NCBI GenBank assembly: GCA_029210085.1
Contig: JARGPP010000024.1
Location: 4,175 to 68,174, forward strand
Direction of reading: 5' to 3'
From: Legionellaceae bacterium
GTDB lineage: Bacteria; Pseudomonadota; Gammaproteobacteria; Legionellales; Legionellaceae
DNA length: 64,000 nucleotides
Part shown: one piece after another, positions 19,844 through 29,623 of the stretch
Layout: every line of letters starts with the position of its first letter
Numbering within the stretch: position 1 is the first letter of the stretch
Translations under genes and position numbers: made by a program
Notes under the pieces: generated by a model
What the model saw: the letters and a program-made list of their open reading frames with translations, nothing else
Databases searched by the model: none
What the model was told of the DNA's origin: nothing

Positions 19844-20566
19844 TTAATCACTGATGGTACGAGTAATTTGCGTTAAAATGCCCCGTAAAATATTCACCTC
19901 AACTGCTTCAAGTTTAGCACGATTAAATAACCGTCTAAGCCTTAACATCACCTGCTTTGGATTTGAAGGTTTTAAAAAATCTATTTGTTGTAAAACAGTT
20001 TCTAAGTGTGTGTAGTACTGCTCAAGTTGCTCTGCCTTTGCAAGCGCATGTTCAACTTTAGAGGGAGCGGGTTTATCAGATGCCGCAGCTTTTGCTGTTT
20101 CATATACAATAATCTGCACGGCTTGAGCTAAATTGAGCGAACTGTAAGCTGGATTTGTCGGAATCTCAATATGATAATGCCCACGTAATAACTCTTCATT
20201 CATCAACCCAATTCGTTCACGCCCAAAAACAAGGGCTATTTCTGTATCATCTGGCATTTTTGCCATTGTCTGAGCGGCTGTATCTGGCGTTAATCCTGGT
20301 AAAGCAATATCACGCGGGCGTGCACTGGTCATCAAAATCAATTCCGTACCTAAAAGCGCTTCATCTAACGACTCAACACAAACAGCACTCTCCAATACAT
20401 CTTGCGCACCTGAGGCCATTTCAACGGCATTTTTATCTGGAAATAGTTGAGGTGACACCAAGTAAAGTCTTGATAACCCCATTGTTTTCATAGCACGAGC
20501 CGTAGCTCCAATATTTCCAGGATGTGATGTTTCAACCAAAATCACTCGAACTGCATTTAATTTCAT
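19844..20566 (-). CDS. trmJ: tRNA (cytidine/uridine-2'-O)-methyltransferase TrmJ
   Basis: 240 aa. VILVETSHPGNIGATARAMKTMGL and ALVFGRERIGLMNEEL...SSLNLAQAVQIIVYE closely follow E. coli TrmJ. Confidence 0.85.
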   Translation of the reverse strand: MKLNAVRVILVETSHPGNIGATARAMKTMGLSRLYLVSPQLFPDKNAVEMASGAQDVLESAVCVESLDEALLGTELILMTSARPRDIALPGLTPDTAAQTMAKMPDDTEIALVFGRERIGLMNEELLRGHYHIEIPTNPAYSSLNLAQAVQIIVYETAKAAASDKPAPSKVEHALAKAEQLEQYYTHLETVLQQIDFLKPSNPKQVMLRLRRLFNRAKLEAVEVNILRGILTQITRTISD

Positions 20567-20641
20567 CTTTTAATCACCTAAACCAGCTTATTTACACAAA
20601 ATATGTTAGAATGTTTCGCTTCATTCACAGTGGATACACGC

Positions 20642-21421
20642 ATGGAACCTTTACTCAATATTGCAGTCACCGCAGCACGCCAAGCTGGTGATATCATCAT
20701 TCGCCATGCAGAACAACTAGAACGCATTAAAATAACACAAAAAGCAAAAAATGATTACTTTTCTGAAGTAGATATTAAAGCTGAACAATCTATTATTCGA
20801 AGCATTCAAAAAGCTTATCCAGATCACGGTATTATCGCTGAAGAGAGTGGTGTACAAAATCCAGATGCTGATTGTGTATGGTTCATCGACCCACTCGATG
20901 GTACGAGCAATTATCTGCATGGTTTTCCTGCTTACTGCGTTTCAATCGCTATGACCTTTCAAAATAGACTAGAACATGCGGTTATATATGACCCGCTTCG
21001 CCATGAGTGCTTTTCAGCAAGCCGCGGGCGCGGTGCTCGTCTCAATGATAGGCGTATTCGTGTTTCTAAAAAAACAGAACTTCAAACAGCAATGCTTGGC
21101 AGCGGTCCATCCGTTCAAAACCCTAAACGTGCTGAAAAATTTGATTTAAATATTCAGCCACTACTCGAACAATGTACTACTATTCGTCGTATTGGCGCAG
21201 CAGCGCTTGAATTAGCCTATGTTGCTTGCGGTCGTTTAGATGGTTTTTTTGAGTTTGGACTACGCCCCTGGGATGTTGCAGCAGGTTGTCTCTTGATTCA
21301 AGAAGCAGGCGGTTTTGTGAGTGACCCAAAAGGCGGACAAAATTTTGTTAAACAAGGCAGCGTTATTGCAGGCACCCCAAAAGTATTTGATGAAATTCAT
21401 GCCTCATTAAAAGCAAAATAA
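20642..21421 (+). CDS. suhB: Inositol-1-monophosphatase SuhB
   Basis: MEPLLNIAVTAARQAG matches the SuhB N-terminus. IMPase motifs WFIDPLDGTSNY and WDVAAG are present. The ORF is open from 20603 but homology supports 20642. Confidence 0.9.
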   Translation: MEPLLNIAVTAARQAGDIIIRHAEQLERIKITQKAKNDYFSEVDIKAEQSIIRSIQKAYPDHGIIAEESGVQNPDADCVWFIDPLDGTSNYLHGFPAYCVSIAMTFQNRLEHAVIYDPLRHECFSASRGRGARLNDRRIRVSKKTELQTAMLGSGPSVQNPKRAEKFDLNIQPLLEQCTTIRRIGAAALELAYVACGRLDGFFEFGLRPWDVAAGCLLIQEAGGFVSDPKGGQNFVKQGSVIAGTPKVFDEIHASLKAK

Positions 21422-21556
21422 GACACGTTCAGGTCTATGTATTCTTTTAGTGCATGGACCCGACAAAACTGCCCGTTTATTTTGTGACAAGGACGATTAA
21501 AATGTGATACAAATCACTCGCTAGAAAAGCTTCAATCAGAAGAGAAAACATACGCT

Positions 21557-21715
21557 TTAACTCATCAAAACACCGCTATTATTCTCAATTACATTATTCA
21601 AACCGCCTTCTGCTTCTATCGATTCAAGTGTAATGAGTTGTGGTGGTTGATAAACCTGTTGGGATTTCCCTTGTTGTAACGCTGGTGAATTTTTATTGTC
21701 AACGTCTTGGCTCAT
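21557..21715 (-). CDS. Possible 52-aa small ORF (not in supplied track, which omits ORFs under 60 aa)
   Basis: The start context is AAGGAtgaacATG. Translation: MSQDVDNKNSPALQQGKSQQVYQPPQLITLESIEAEGGLNNVIENNSGVLMS. It lies in the suhB-downstream intergenic region, divergent from ORF 21800. Coding status is unproven. Confidence 0.25.
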   Translation of the reverse strand: MSQDVDNKNSPALQQGKSQQVYQPPQLITLESIEAEGGLNNVIENNSGVLMS

Positions 21716-21799
21716 GTTCATCCTTAAATAAAAATAAAGTACCTACTACTTTACTTTACTTTAAATGCAATATTTAAAAATTAGCTTTCAAGGAGAAAT

Positions 21800-22372
21800 A
21801 TGGTGCTCAATCAATTAAAACGCCTTAAGAGACAAATGGTTGCTGTTTTTTTAGCGCAGCCCCTATTGCTTTTAGCCATGAGTGCTTATGCAAATGACAC
21901 GAGTAATGCTTACGAACATAAAAATTACCTCACCCATACATTAAAGGAGATACTTATCTCCCCCTCGAAACACCTACTCTCAGATACAGCAGGACCTTCA
22001 ATCACTTTATCAATAGGAACAGCTTCAGACCGAAATATCGCACTACTAGATAATATTATCTACTATGCAAGCACAGACTGTACGGGTCCAATAACAGGTA
22101 CGACTGCAGATATAACAGGAGGAAGCCCTTTTGTTTTTGAAGATGGCGTTCCTTTCTTTTTTGGACAAGAGGCGCTTTCTGCAATGTCTGCAGGGGATGC
22201 AACAACCCAATGCATAAGACTAATACCCAATCAAGCTTCTATCGGTGGTAGAGAGGCATATGTATTTATATTCATTAGAAACCTTAGCTGTGATGGAACT
22301 ATTTGTACTGGAGGTTCTGTATGTCAGACAGGTGGAAATAGATGGGACAGAGCTGCTATTCCATCATGTTAG
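21800..22372 (+). CDS. Hypothetical secreted Cys-containing protein
   Basis: 190 aa with a strong RBS (caaggagaaatATG) and a signal peptide (VAVFLAQPLLLLAMSAYA|ND). The mature part has six Cys. No family recognised. Confidence 0.5.
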   Translation: MVLNQLKRLKRQMVAVFLAQPLLLLAMSAYANDTSNAYEHKNYLTHTLKEILISPSKHLLSDTAGPSITLSIGTASDRNIALLDNIIYYASTDCTGPITGTTADITGGSPFVFEDGVPFFFGQEALSAMSAGDATTQCIRLIPNQASIGGREAYVFIFIRNLSCDGTICTGGSVCQTGGNRWDRAAIPSC

Positions 22373-22741
22373 GAGCTGTTGACATATATGGACCCTGCCA
22401 GGTCTTGCAATAGGTTGTCCCATTATTTTTAGCAAGTTAGGTTGAGATGCAGTCATATATTCGGCCTCTGGTTAAGTGAAATACGTTCACTTGGGCCCTG
22501 ATAGTTATCTGCGCTTTTGTTCCTCTACAATTGCAAGGCCTTAAAAGGCCAAAGTCAACATCAGGTTTTACAAGAGCTGGTCTTACCTATTTTGCTATCT
22601 ATATTGGTCCTACCTTCAGCAATCTCTAGAAAGGCACATCCTTCTTTACTACCATCTCAAATGTTACAAAAATCCTCAGGTAATCATGCAAACCCACCTC
22701 TACTTGATTAGACCTGTTATTATTGATAAACACCAAAAATT

Positions 22742-22761
22742 AAAGCAATTGTTATTGCTTT
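22742..22761 (-). terminator. Weak candidate rho-independent terminator for ORF 22788..23411
   Basis: Hairpin AAAGCAAT-aaca-ATTGCTTT, followed on the minus strand by AATTTTTGG. The stem is AT-rich. Confidence 0.35.
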
Positions 22762-22787
22762 TAAACAAATTTGGCCTCGTGATTTTT

Positions 22788-23411
22788 TTATTTACCTAAA
22801 CTGACTACCTCCATTGAGCCCGTGCCTAGTGAACCTTTTTCTGGTGTTGTTTGAAAGAGTCTAAATCGTTTTCCCAAAGAAGTCTTTGTTGATTCATTCG
22901 GCTCTTGATTTAGACTCAATACACTTGAACCTTTCTGGCTAGCTCTGGGCAATCGAGCAAGCGATGTCCTTGTTTTTCTGCTTTTGGCACTACCCAAAGG
23001 TTTTGAGCTTTTCCTGTTTTTAGCCCCTTCTGAACCATTGCAAGCACCGATAGCAAAAACAGGCGGTTCAATGGATGATTTAGGAGCAATAGCTGACATT
23101 GTAATAAATGCGTTAAAAGCATTTCTGGCATGTTCCTGATTGAAATAAATTAAATATTCATGCACATCTTTTTCAGGGTTTATGCGGAGAGAAACAGAGC
23201 CAATCCATTGCTTTCCCCAAAAAAGCGTATCGCCACTTATCGAAAAATGTGATGGGGTATTGGGAAGATTAAAGCAATATTGATCTCTTCCATTAGAGGC
23301 GACTTCTCTTGTGATTAGGTTTGCGTGTGCATGACCTTTATGGGCAATGACCCAATCCGCACACTCTGTTCGCGTAAAGCCGATATCTTCATTAATAATG
23401 ATAAATCTCAT
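22788..23411 (-). CDS. Hypothetical protein (about 105-aa N-terminal domain plus Ser/Lys-rich low-complexity tail)
   Basis: 207-aa ORF with no motif recognised. The C-terminal half (SSKPLGSAKSRKTRTSLARLPRASQKGSS...) looks disordered. Confidence 0.45.
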   Translation of the reverse strand: MRFIIINEDIGFTRTECADWVIAHKGHAHANLITREVASNGRDQYCFNLPNTPSHFSISGDTLFWGKQWIGSVSLRINPEKDVHEYLIYFNQEHARNAFNAFITMSAIAPKSSIEPPVFAIGACNGSEGAKNRKSSKPLGSAKSRKTRTSLARLPRASQKGSSVLSLNQEPNESTKTSLGKRFRLFQTTPEKGSLGTGSMEVVSLGK

Positions 23412-23545
23412 TGATATTTAATAACCACTTTTAGCAAAAAAAAAGAACTTAATGTACAATAAATTACTAATTAATGCAAGATAAAAACGGAAGAAACAGA
23501 TTTATTTTTATTACATAAAACAAACCTGCCTCTATACCACCTTCA

Positions 23546-24475
23546 TCATTGAAATCCGGGTTTTAATCCAAATGCGGCTGGAAGACTACTTGCAACTTCA
23601 GCACCTAAATTTTTTGCCAACAATTCCATAACATTTTCTTTCGTGGTGTAATCTACAAAATGTTCTTCTTTAATGATGTCACGTGCAACAGATTCACTGC
23701 TTCCAAACCCATCAATCAAGCCCCGTTCTTTCGCTTGAACACCGGTCCAAAACAAGCCTGAAAATGTCTCGTCATCTATTTTAAGGCGTGTTCCACGACC
23801 TTCTTTGACTTTATCAATAAATTGCTGATGTACTAAGTCGAGCATACGCTGCAAATAGGCTACATCTTCAGGTTTTTCAGGCGAAAACTGATCAAGCATG
23901 CCTTTGTGTGCTCCAGCAGTTTGCAGCCGACGCGTTGCACCTAATTTTTGCAATGTATCAACAAACCCAAATCCATTATAAATCACACCGATAGAACCCA
24001 CCATGCTTGAGGGCGCAGCATAAATTTCATCCGCTGCAGCTGCAACATAATAAGCAGCTGACGCACATAAATCGACACACACAGCATATGTTTTGATATC
24101 TGGATGTTTTTCTCGATGGTGCTTCAGCGCGTTATACATATAATCAGCCTGAACCGGACTACCTCCTGGGCTATCAATTCGTAAGACTAACGCTTTCATG
24201 CCTTTGTTCTCATAAGCATGCGTCAGGCTTTCTAAAAAGTTCTCTGCACTGGCCGCCTGCTTATCGGTAATCACGCCTTTGATATCAATGATACCGACAT
24301 GTGACCCAACACGCGCTGCAATTTCGGCACGACGCGACATAAATGCCCCATAAAAAATCCAAACAACAATTACCATGAAAATTGCACGCAAGACCCAACG
24401 CCAGATACGCTTTCGTTTACGTTCCAATAAATGATCTAAAATCAGTTGATTTAAAACTTCTTGTGAATTTGTCAT
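23546..24475 (-). CDS. sppA: Signal peptide peptidase SppA, 36K type (S49 family)
   Basis: 309 aa with an N-terminal TM segment, a serine region SPGGSP...ASAAYYVAAAAD, and GSIGV. Confidence 0.85.
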   Translation of the reverse strand: MTNSQEVLNQLILDHLLERKRKRIWRWVLRAIFMVIVVWIFYGAFMSRRAEIAARVGSHVGIIDIKGVITDKQAASAENFLESLTHAYENKGMKALVLRIDSPGGSPVQADYMYNALKHHREKHPDIKTYAVCVDLCASAAYYVAAAADEIYAAPSSMVGSIGVIYNGFGFVDTLQKLGATRRLQTAGAHKGMLDQFSPEKPEDVAYLQRMLDLVHQQFIDKVKEGRGTRLKIDDETFSGLFWTGVQAKERGLIDGFGSSESVARDIIKEEHFVDYTTKENVMELLAKNLGAEVASSLPAAFGLKPGFQ

Positions 24476-24572
24476 GTAAGCCGCACTTGATTTTTAAAAA
24501 GTAAGCCCTCATTTTACTTGAGAGACGCAAGAATTAATATAATTAAGTAAAATAAAAATAAGGGTGCTTACA

Positions 24573-27146
24573 ATGCGAATGGATAAACTCACCTCAAAAT
24601 TTCAAATGGCCATTGCTGATGCTCAATCGCTCGCATTAGGACGCGAAAATAATTTCATTGAACCTGAACATTTAATGAAAGCCTTTTTAGACCAACAAGG
24701 CGGCAGCTGCAGGCCTCTTTTGACCAAAGCAGGCGTTAACTTACCCAAACTACGCACTTTAGTAGACCAAGCACTCGATAAACTCCCTAAAGTATCCGGT
24801 GTTCCTGGCGATATTCATGTCTCGAACACACTCAGCCAACTATTGAATATTACCGATCAAATTGCCCAAAAAAGAAAAGATAACTATATTTCGAGCGAAT
24901 TATTTCTATTAGCAGCGATGGAAAAGAAAAATGGCTTAAATAAATTACTAGAAGAAGCAGGTGCTAATGTTAAAGCCATTGAAAAAGCCATTGAAGAAAT
25001 ACGCGGCGGTGAAGCTGTTGATGATCCGAATGCCGAAGAACAACGCCAAGCTCTTGAAAAATATACACAAGATTTAACCGAACAAGCAGAACAAGGCAAA
25101 CTCGATCCTGTCATTGGTCGTGATGATGAAATTCGCCGAACTGTTCAAGTATTACAACGCCGTACTAAAAATAACCCTGTGCTTATTGGTGAACCGGGTG
25201 TGGGTAAAACCGCAATTGTTGAAGGACTCGCACAACGAATTATTAATGGCGAGGTCCCTGAGGGCTTAAAAAATAAACGCTTGCTTTCTCTCGATATGGG
25301 ATCGCTGATTGCAGGTGCTAAATTTCGAGGAGAATTCGAAGAACGGTTGAAAGGTGTACTCAAAGACCTCGAAAAACAAGAAGGTCAGGTTATTTTATTT
25401 ATTGATGAAATTCACACCATGGTAGGTGCTGGCAAGGCTGAAGGCTCAATGGATGCCGGTAATATGTTAAAACCTGCTCTTGCCCGCGGCGAATTGCATT
25501 GCATTGGGGCAACAACACTCAATGAGTACCGTGAAAATATCGAAAAAGACGCAGCCCTTGAAAGGCGTTTCCAAAAAGTGCTGGTTAACGAGCCAACGGT
25601 TGAAGATACAATTGCCATTTTGCGTGGTTTAAAAGAACGCTATGAAGTTCACCACGGTGTTGAAATTACCGACCCCGCTATTGTTGCTGCAGCAACCTTA
25701 TCACATCGTTATATTACCGACCGACAACTACCCGATAAAGCCATTGACTTAATTGATGAGGCTGGCAGTCAAATTCGTATGGAAATTGACTCGAAACCGG
25801 AAAGTATGGATAAACTGGATAGACGCTTAATTCAGCTCAAAATTGAGCGCGAAGCACTCAAAAAAGAATCCGATGATGCCTCTAAAAAACGTCTGAAAGA
25901 TCTTGAAACAAATATCGAGGAACTCGAAAAAGAGTATGCTGATCTTGAGGATGTTTGGAAAGCTGAAAAAGCAAGTCTGCAAGGCACCACTCAAATTAAA
26001 GAACAGTTAGAACAAGCCAAACTTGAAATGGAAGCAGCCAAACGTGCAGGTGATTTAACGCGCATGTCTGAACTACAATATGGGCGTATTCCCGAACTTG
26101 AGAAAGCGTTAAAAGATGCTTCAAACGCCGAGCAGCAAGAAACGAAGTTAGTCCGAAACAAAGTGACTAATGAAGAAATTGCAGAAGTCGTCTCTAAATG
26201 GACCGGTATTCCTGTTGCTAAAATGCTTGAAGGTGAAAAAGAAAAATTACTTCAAATGGAAACCGTACTGCACAAACAAGTCATTGGTCAAAATGAAGCA
26301 GTTAATGCCGTATCAAATGCGATTCGCAGGTCACGTGCCGGATTATCCGATCCGAACCGCCCGATTGGCTCTTTTCTGTTTCTTGGACCAACAGGGGTTG
26401 GTAAAACTGAGCTGTGTAAAGCACTCGCAACTTTTATGTTTGATACCCCTGACGCCATGGTACGCATTGACATGTCTGAGTTCATGGAAAAACACTCGGT
26501 GGCACGCTTAATTGGTGCACCTCCGGGCTACGTAGGTTATGAGGAAGGTGGATATATTACTGAAGCCGTTCGTCGCAGACCTTATTCCGTCATACTGCTC
26601 GATGAAATTGAGAAGGCACACACCGATGTATTCAATATTTTACTGCAAGTCCTCGATGATGGCAGACTCACAGATGGTCAAGGCCGCACCGTTGATTTTA
26701 GAAATACCGTCATCGTTATGACCTCCAACTTAGGATCGCATCTTATTCAAGAAATGAGCGGTCAATCAGATTACAACAAAACAAAAGCGGCGGTGATGGA
26801 GCTTGTAGGGCAAGAGTTTCGTCCTGAATTTATTAATCGTATTGATGAAAGTGTGGTTTTCCATGCTCTCAATGAGACACAAATTGCTAACATTGCATCC
26901 ATTCAAATTGAACATTTAAAAGCACGGCTCAAAACGCAAGATATTCAGCTTGAACTTGATGACTTAGCACTCGCGCATCTTGCTGAGGCTGGTTTTGATC
27001 CTGTTTATGGCGCAAGACCACTGAAACGCACCATTCAACAGCAACTTGAAAACCCACTGGCTGAGGCGCTTTTAAAAGGCGACTTTAAACCTGGTGAAGT
27101 CATTAAAACCAGCTTAAAAGATGGCTCGCTTGTTTTTAAACTATAA
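24573..27146 (+). CDS. clpB: ATP-dependent chaperone ClpB
   Basis: The N-terminus [23 protein letters not shown] matches the E. coli ClpB N-terminus. It has two Walker A sites ([16 protein letters not shown]) and a long coiled-coil middle domain. Confidence 0.96.
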   Translation: MRMDKLTSKFQMAIADAQSLALGRENNFIEPEHLMKAFLDQQGGSCRPLLTKAGVNLPKLRTLVDQALDKLPKVSGVPGDIHVSNTLSQLLNITDQIAQKRKDNYISSELFLLAAMEKKNGLNKLLEEAGANVKAIEKAIEEIRGGEAVDDPNAEEQRQALEKYTQDLTEQAEQGKLDPVIGRDDEIRRTVQVLQRRTKNNPVLIGEPGVGKTAIVEGLAQRIINGEVPEGLKNKRLLSLDMGSLIAGAKFRGEFEERLKGVLKDLEKQEGQVILFIDEIHTMVGAGKAEGSMDAGNMLKPALARGELHCIGATTLNEYRENIEKDAALERRFQKVLVNEPTVEDTIAILRGLKERYEVHHGVEITDPAIVAAATLSHRYITDRQLPDKAIDLIDEAGSQIRMEIDSKPESMDKLDRRLIQLKIEREALKKESDDASKKRLKDLETNIEELEKEYADLEDVWKAEKASLQGTTQIKEQLEQAKLEMEAAKRAGDLTRMSELQYGRIPELEKALKDASNAEQQETKLVRNKVTNEEIAEVVSKWTGIPVAKMLEGEKEKLLQMETVLHKQVIGQNEAVNAVSNAIRRSRAGLSDPNRPIGSFLFLGPTGVGKTELCKALATFMFDTPDAMVRIDMSEFMEKHSVARLIGAPPGYVGYEEGGYITEAVRRRPYSVILLDEIEKAHTDVFNILLQVLDDGRLTDGQGRTVDFRNTVIVMTSNLGSHLIQEMSGQSDYNKTKAAVMELVGQEFRPEFINRIDESVVFHALNETQIANIASIQIEHLKARLKTQDIQLELDDLALAHLAEAGFDPVYGARPLKRTIQQQLENPLAEALLKGDFKPGEVIKTSLKDGSLVFKL

Positions 27147-27362
27147 AATCAGGACTTTAAAATCTGTTATTTTGTCATTACTGCGCACCACCGGCACTAA
27201 AACCCAACAGGTGCGCACACATACCAATAAGTAATCTTGAAGGGTACTTTAAATTGATTTGAAATATTAGATGAACTTCGTATTACATGCCCCAAAATGC
27301 AGGAAAAATTAATTTAGAACATATTCTCTAAGTAACCACATTTTAAGCGGTGAAATTTTCAT

Positions 27363-27386
27363 TGATACAGATAATTATCTGTATCA
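27363..27386. promoter_or_regulatory. Perfect 24-bp palindrome TGATACAGATAA|TTATCTGTATCA upstream of ORF 27566
   Basis: The palindrome is read directly and lies about 180 bp upstream of the start. An operator or hairpin role is inference. Confidence 0.3.
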
Positions 27387-27565
27387 GCACTCTCATTCAA
27401 TGACTCCCTCTCCTTCCTACAGAATAAGAACGCAAGCTAAAAACGGATTATAATCGACAGCAATGCCTGACCTCTGTAACATCAAGACACCAATAAAAAT
27501 GAACGCCATCATATTATTATTTTTATAGTGCTTTGCATTTCAATCACTATAAGCGGAGATTCAGG

Positions 27566-28993
27566 ATGATTAAACGCTTAGGTCTGCTTGCTCTTTTAAC
27601 GTCTCTTAATACTTATGGGTTTGGTGTGGACGTCTGTTTTAGCAGCCCAAACACAGGAAAGTCCACCATTAGAAACTGTCTTAATACAAAAAAATCATGT
27701 CGCACAAGTCATCTAGACTCCAAAAAAGCAATAGGCTGTCGACTGAGGGCATTATATGATGGTGTCAGCAGTTTATCCGGAGCAAATGCCATTATCGGTG
27801 GTCGCAGCTTGGTTCATTCAGACTCAACCTATTTGATGGCGCAACTCATCGGGTTCAGTGCCTGGCAAGCTTACCAAATGATGATTTACTCCGAAGCAAC
27901 AGATCAAGCCAAATACACAGCGTTCAATGAAAAAGGAGAGCAAATTCTGACAGATGCTGAAAGTGAGCAATGCCGAGCAAACTGGAATCAAGACGCACCC
28001 CACAACTGCTTAATTCTGACGCCTGAACTCAATGGCATTTATAAGTTTAATTTTGATACAGGTGGTATGTTGTTACACCTTCATGCCCGTTATTCAACGC
28101 AAAATAAGCTACCCCCGGTTCCTCTATTTCCGACTGATTATTTTTCTGAAGAAAATCGTGAATACGAGAACTTACTGACCAATTTTCGTGCTTGGGTTTT
28201 TGATGAGCGAGAAGACGCGTGTGCTGCAGGCATTACACAGAAAATGGTGTGGCCTGAGACAATCCACTCTCCATGCGCACCCACCCAATATACCCTCAAA
28301 AGCCCTATGAGCCTTTTTTCTTTGGGTTTATCTAAGTTAGCAATTCCTTTTGTCACTCAGTTAGGTACTTTAATTCTCGAAAAAGTCGACGCAAACAACC
28401 CTTCTTCTTATATTTTAGCCCATAATAAAAGCTTTCAAAACTACATCACTCCCCATGAGGTAAGCTTCGCAAAGATAGGTATTTTCGTGCATGCACTTGC
28501 GGATAGATATTCTCATCATATGTGTATTGATAGCTCTTATTTTTATCAAAAAACAAATCAAAACTATACCAGTGTATATTCAGCCCCCTACTGTGCACAA
28601 GGTAGCCATTTTTTATGGCATGTATGGGAACAAGGCACCCATCAAACCAATCAAAACCTGAGCATCGAACATCAAACCATGAGGCCTGCTTTAGGTGCCG
28701 TCTATGATCAGTTGATAGCCTATGCTAAATATGAAAACATACCGATTAATCAAGCCATTCATAAACAAGAAATTTTGGATGATTTAATTCTTGTTTTACA
28801 AACATTTGATCCAAAAGAACGCCTTCAAAAAATGGTCGAACTCATGGAGAAAAATAATATACTGCCTTTGCCAGGACATGGCAGTGCTGCCAATTATAGT
28901 GCAGACAAGTGGTTGGATTTAGCAGGGGCTCCAAATCAAGTAAAGCAACACGACAACTCAGCATCACAAAAGATAAATAAAAAGGACCCGTAG
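27566..28993 (+). CDS. Hypothetical secreted protein with His/Asp metal-site-like motifs
   Basis: GGAGA RBS 6 nt before the ATG at 27566 and a signal peptide (MIKRLGLLALLTSLNTYGFG). The motifs FVHALADRYSHHMC and GSHFLWHVWEQG resemble HxxxD...H / H...E metal sites of the Zn phospholipase C / P1 nuclease fold. This similarity is speculative. Confidence 0.5.
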   Translation: MIKRLGLLALLTSLNTYGFGVDVCFSSPNTGKSTIRNCLNTKKSCRTSHLDSKKAIGCRLRALYDGVSSLSGANAIIGGRSLVHSDSTYLMAQLIGFSAWQAYQMMIYSEATDQAKYTAFNEKGEQILTDAESEQCRANWNQDAPHNCLILTPELNGIYKFNFDTGGMLLHLHARYSTQNKLPPVPLFPTDYFSEENREYENLLTNFRAWVFDEREDACAAGITQKMVWPETIHSPCAPTQYTLKSPMSLFSLGLSKLAIPFVTQLGTLILEKVDANNPSSYILAHNKSFQNYITPHEVSFAKIGIFVHALADRYSHHMCIDSSYFYQKTNQNYTSVYSAPYCAQGSHFLWHVWEQGTHQTNQNLSIEHQTMRPALGAVYDQLIAYAKYENIPINQAIHKQEILDDLILVLQTFDPKERLQKMVELMEKNNILPLPGHGSAANYSADKWLDLAGAPNQVKQHDNSASQKINKKDP

Positions 28994-28994
28994 T

Positions 28995-29588
28995 ATGTTG
29001 TTAAAACGTTTAAAAGAAGAAATTAAAATTGTACGCAGCGGAACAAGTGACACCAATGGAGGAAGACCCAATACCTCTCTACTCAATTTAAAAGGAAAAA
29101 TTGAAAAAGCGCGTGCTGCCGACAAAGCAACAACCGCTCATCAAATTGCATTAAGCCGTGAGATTGCACAAGTCGTCTCTGCAAAAAATGAAGCCCTTAA
29201 AAAAAGAAAACACGATGCACAAATTAAACACCAGGAAAGTAAGCAAAAACAACAGAGTACAAGTGACCCTGAAGCCGAACGTATCAGTATTTTTCGACTC
29301 GACGTACGACTAGCACTAGATCAACGTTTTTTTGTGCAATCGCAAAAAGAAAAAGAAGCGCTCAATCCTCAAGCAAAACAATCTTCTTTTACACACAGAT
29401 TTATCAAGCAGCACAAAACAGAAAGCGAGAGGGTGGCACCAGGAACCGATGAAGCAGTTTTTGCCCATAAACAAAGGTTACATCGAGCATCAACATTTTG
29501 TGTAGGTAAAAAAAGTACGACTTGCGATGAAGATTCAAAAGCAGAAACACGTCGACACAGTAGCCCAAACTTAAGGCCACCCATCTAG
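28995..29588 (+). CDS. Hypothetical Lys/Gln-rich protein
   Basis: 197 aa. The ATG lies 1 nt after the upstream stop (ccgTAGtATG), so the two genes are probably co-transcribed. Composition is charged and coiled-coil-like. No family recognised. Confidence 0.45.
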   Translation: MLLKRLKEEIKIVRSGTSDTNGGRPNTSLLNLKGKIEKARAADKATTAHQIALSREIAQVVSAKNEALKKRKHDAQIKHQESKQKQQSTSDPEAERISIFRLDVRLALDQRFFVQSQKEKEALNPQAKQSSFTHRFIKQHKTESERVAPGTDEAVFAHKQRLHRASTFCVGKKSTTCDEDSKAETRRHSSPNLRPPI

Positions 29589-29597
29589 CTAAGCCAG

Positions 29598-29623
29598 GTG
29601 CCCTTCTAGAGGCTGTTGACAAT
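29598..29623. repeat. Left inverted repeat of IS remnant
   Basis: GTGCCCTTCTAGAGGCTGTTGACAAT matches the reverse complement of 30111..30141 at 24 of 26 positions, with one 5-nt indel. Confidence 0.7.

Noticed and set aside
24884-26721. Several 60-113 aa ORFs on both strands inside clpB (for example 24884..25114, 25145..25363, 26170..26511).
   Set aside because: They are fully nested in, or antisense to, a confidently identified 857-aa ClpB frame. They have low-complexity Ser/Pro/Arg-rich translations typical of shadow ORFs and no RBS.
27363-27386. Possibility that the 24-bp palindrome is a Fur or Zur box, because of the GATAATTATC core.
   Set aside because: The half-site spacing does not fit the 7-1-7 (or 9-1-9) Fur/Zur consensus, and the arms (TGATACAG) are unlike either consensus. 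It is kept only as an unassigned palindrome.
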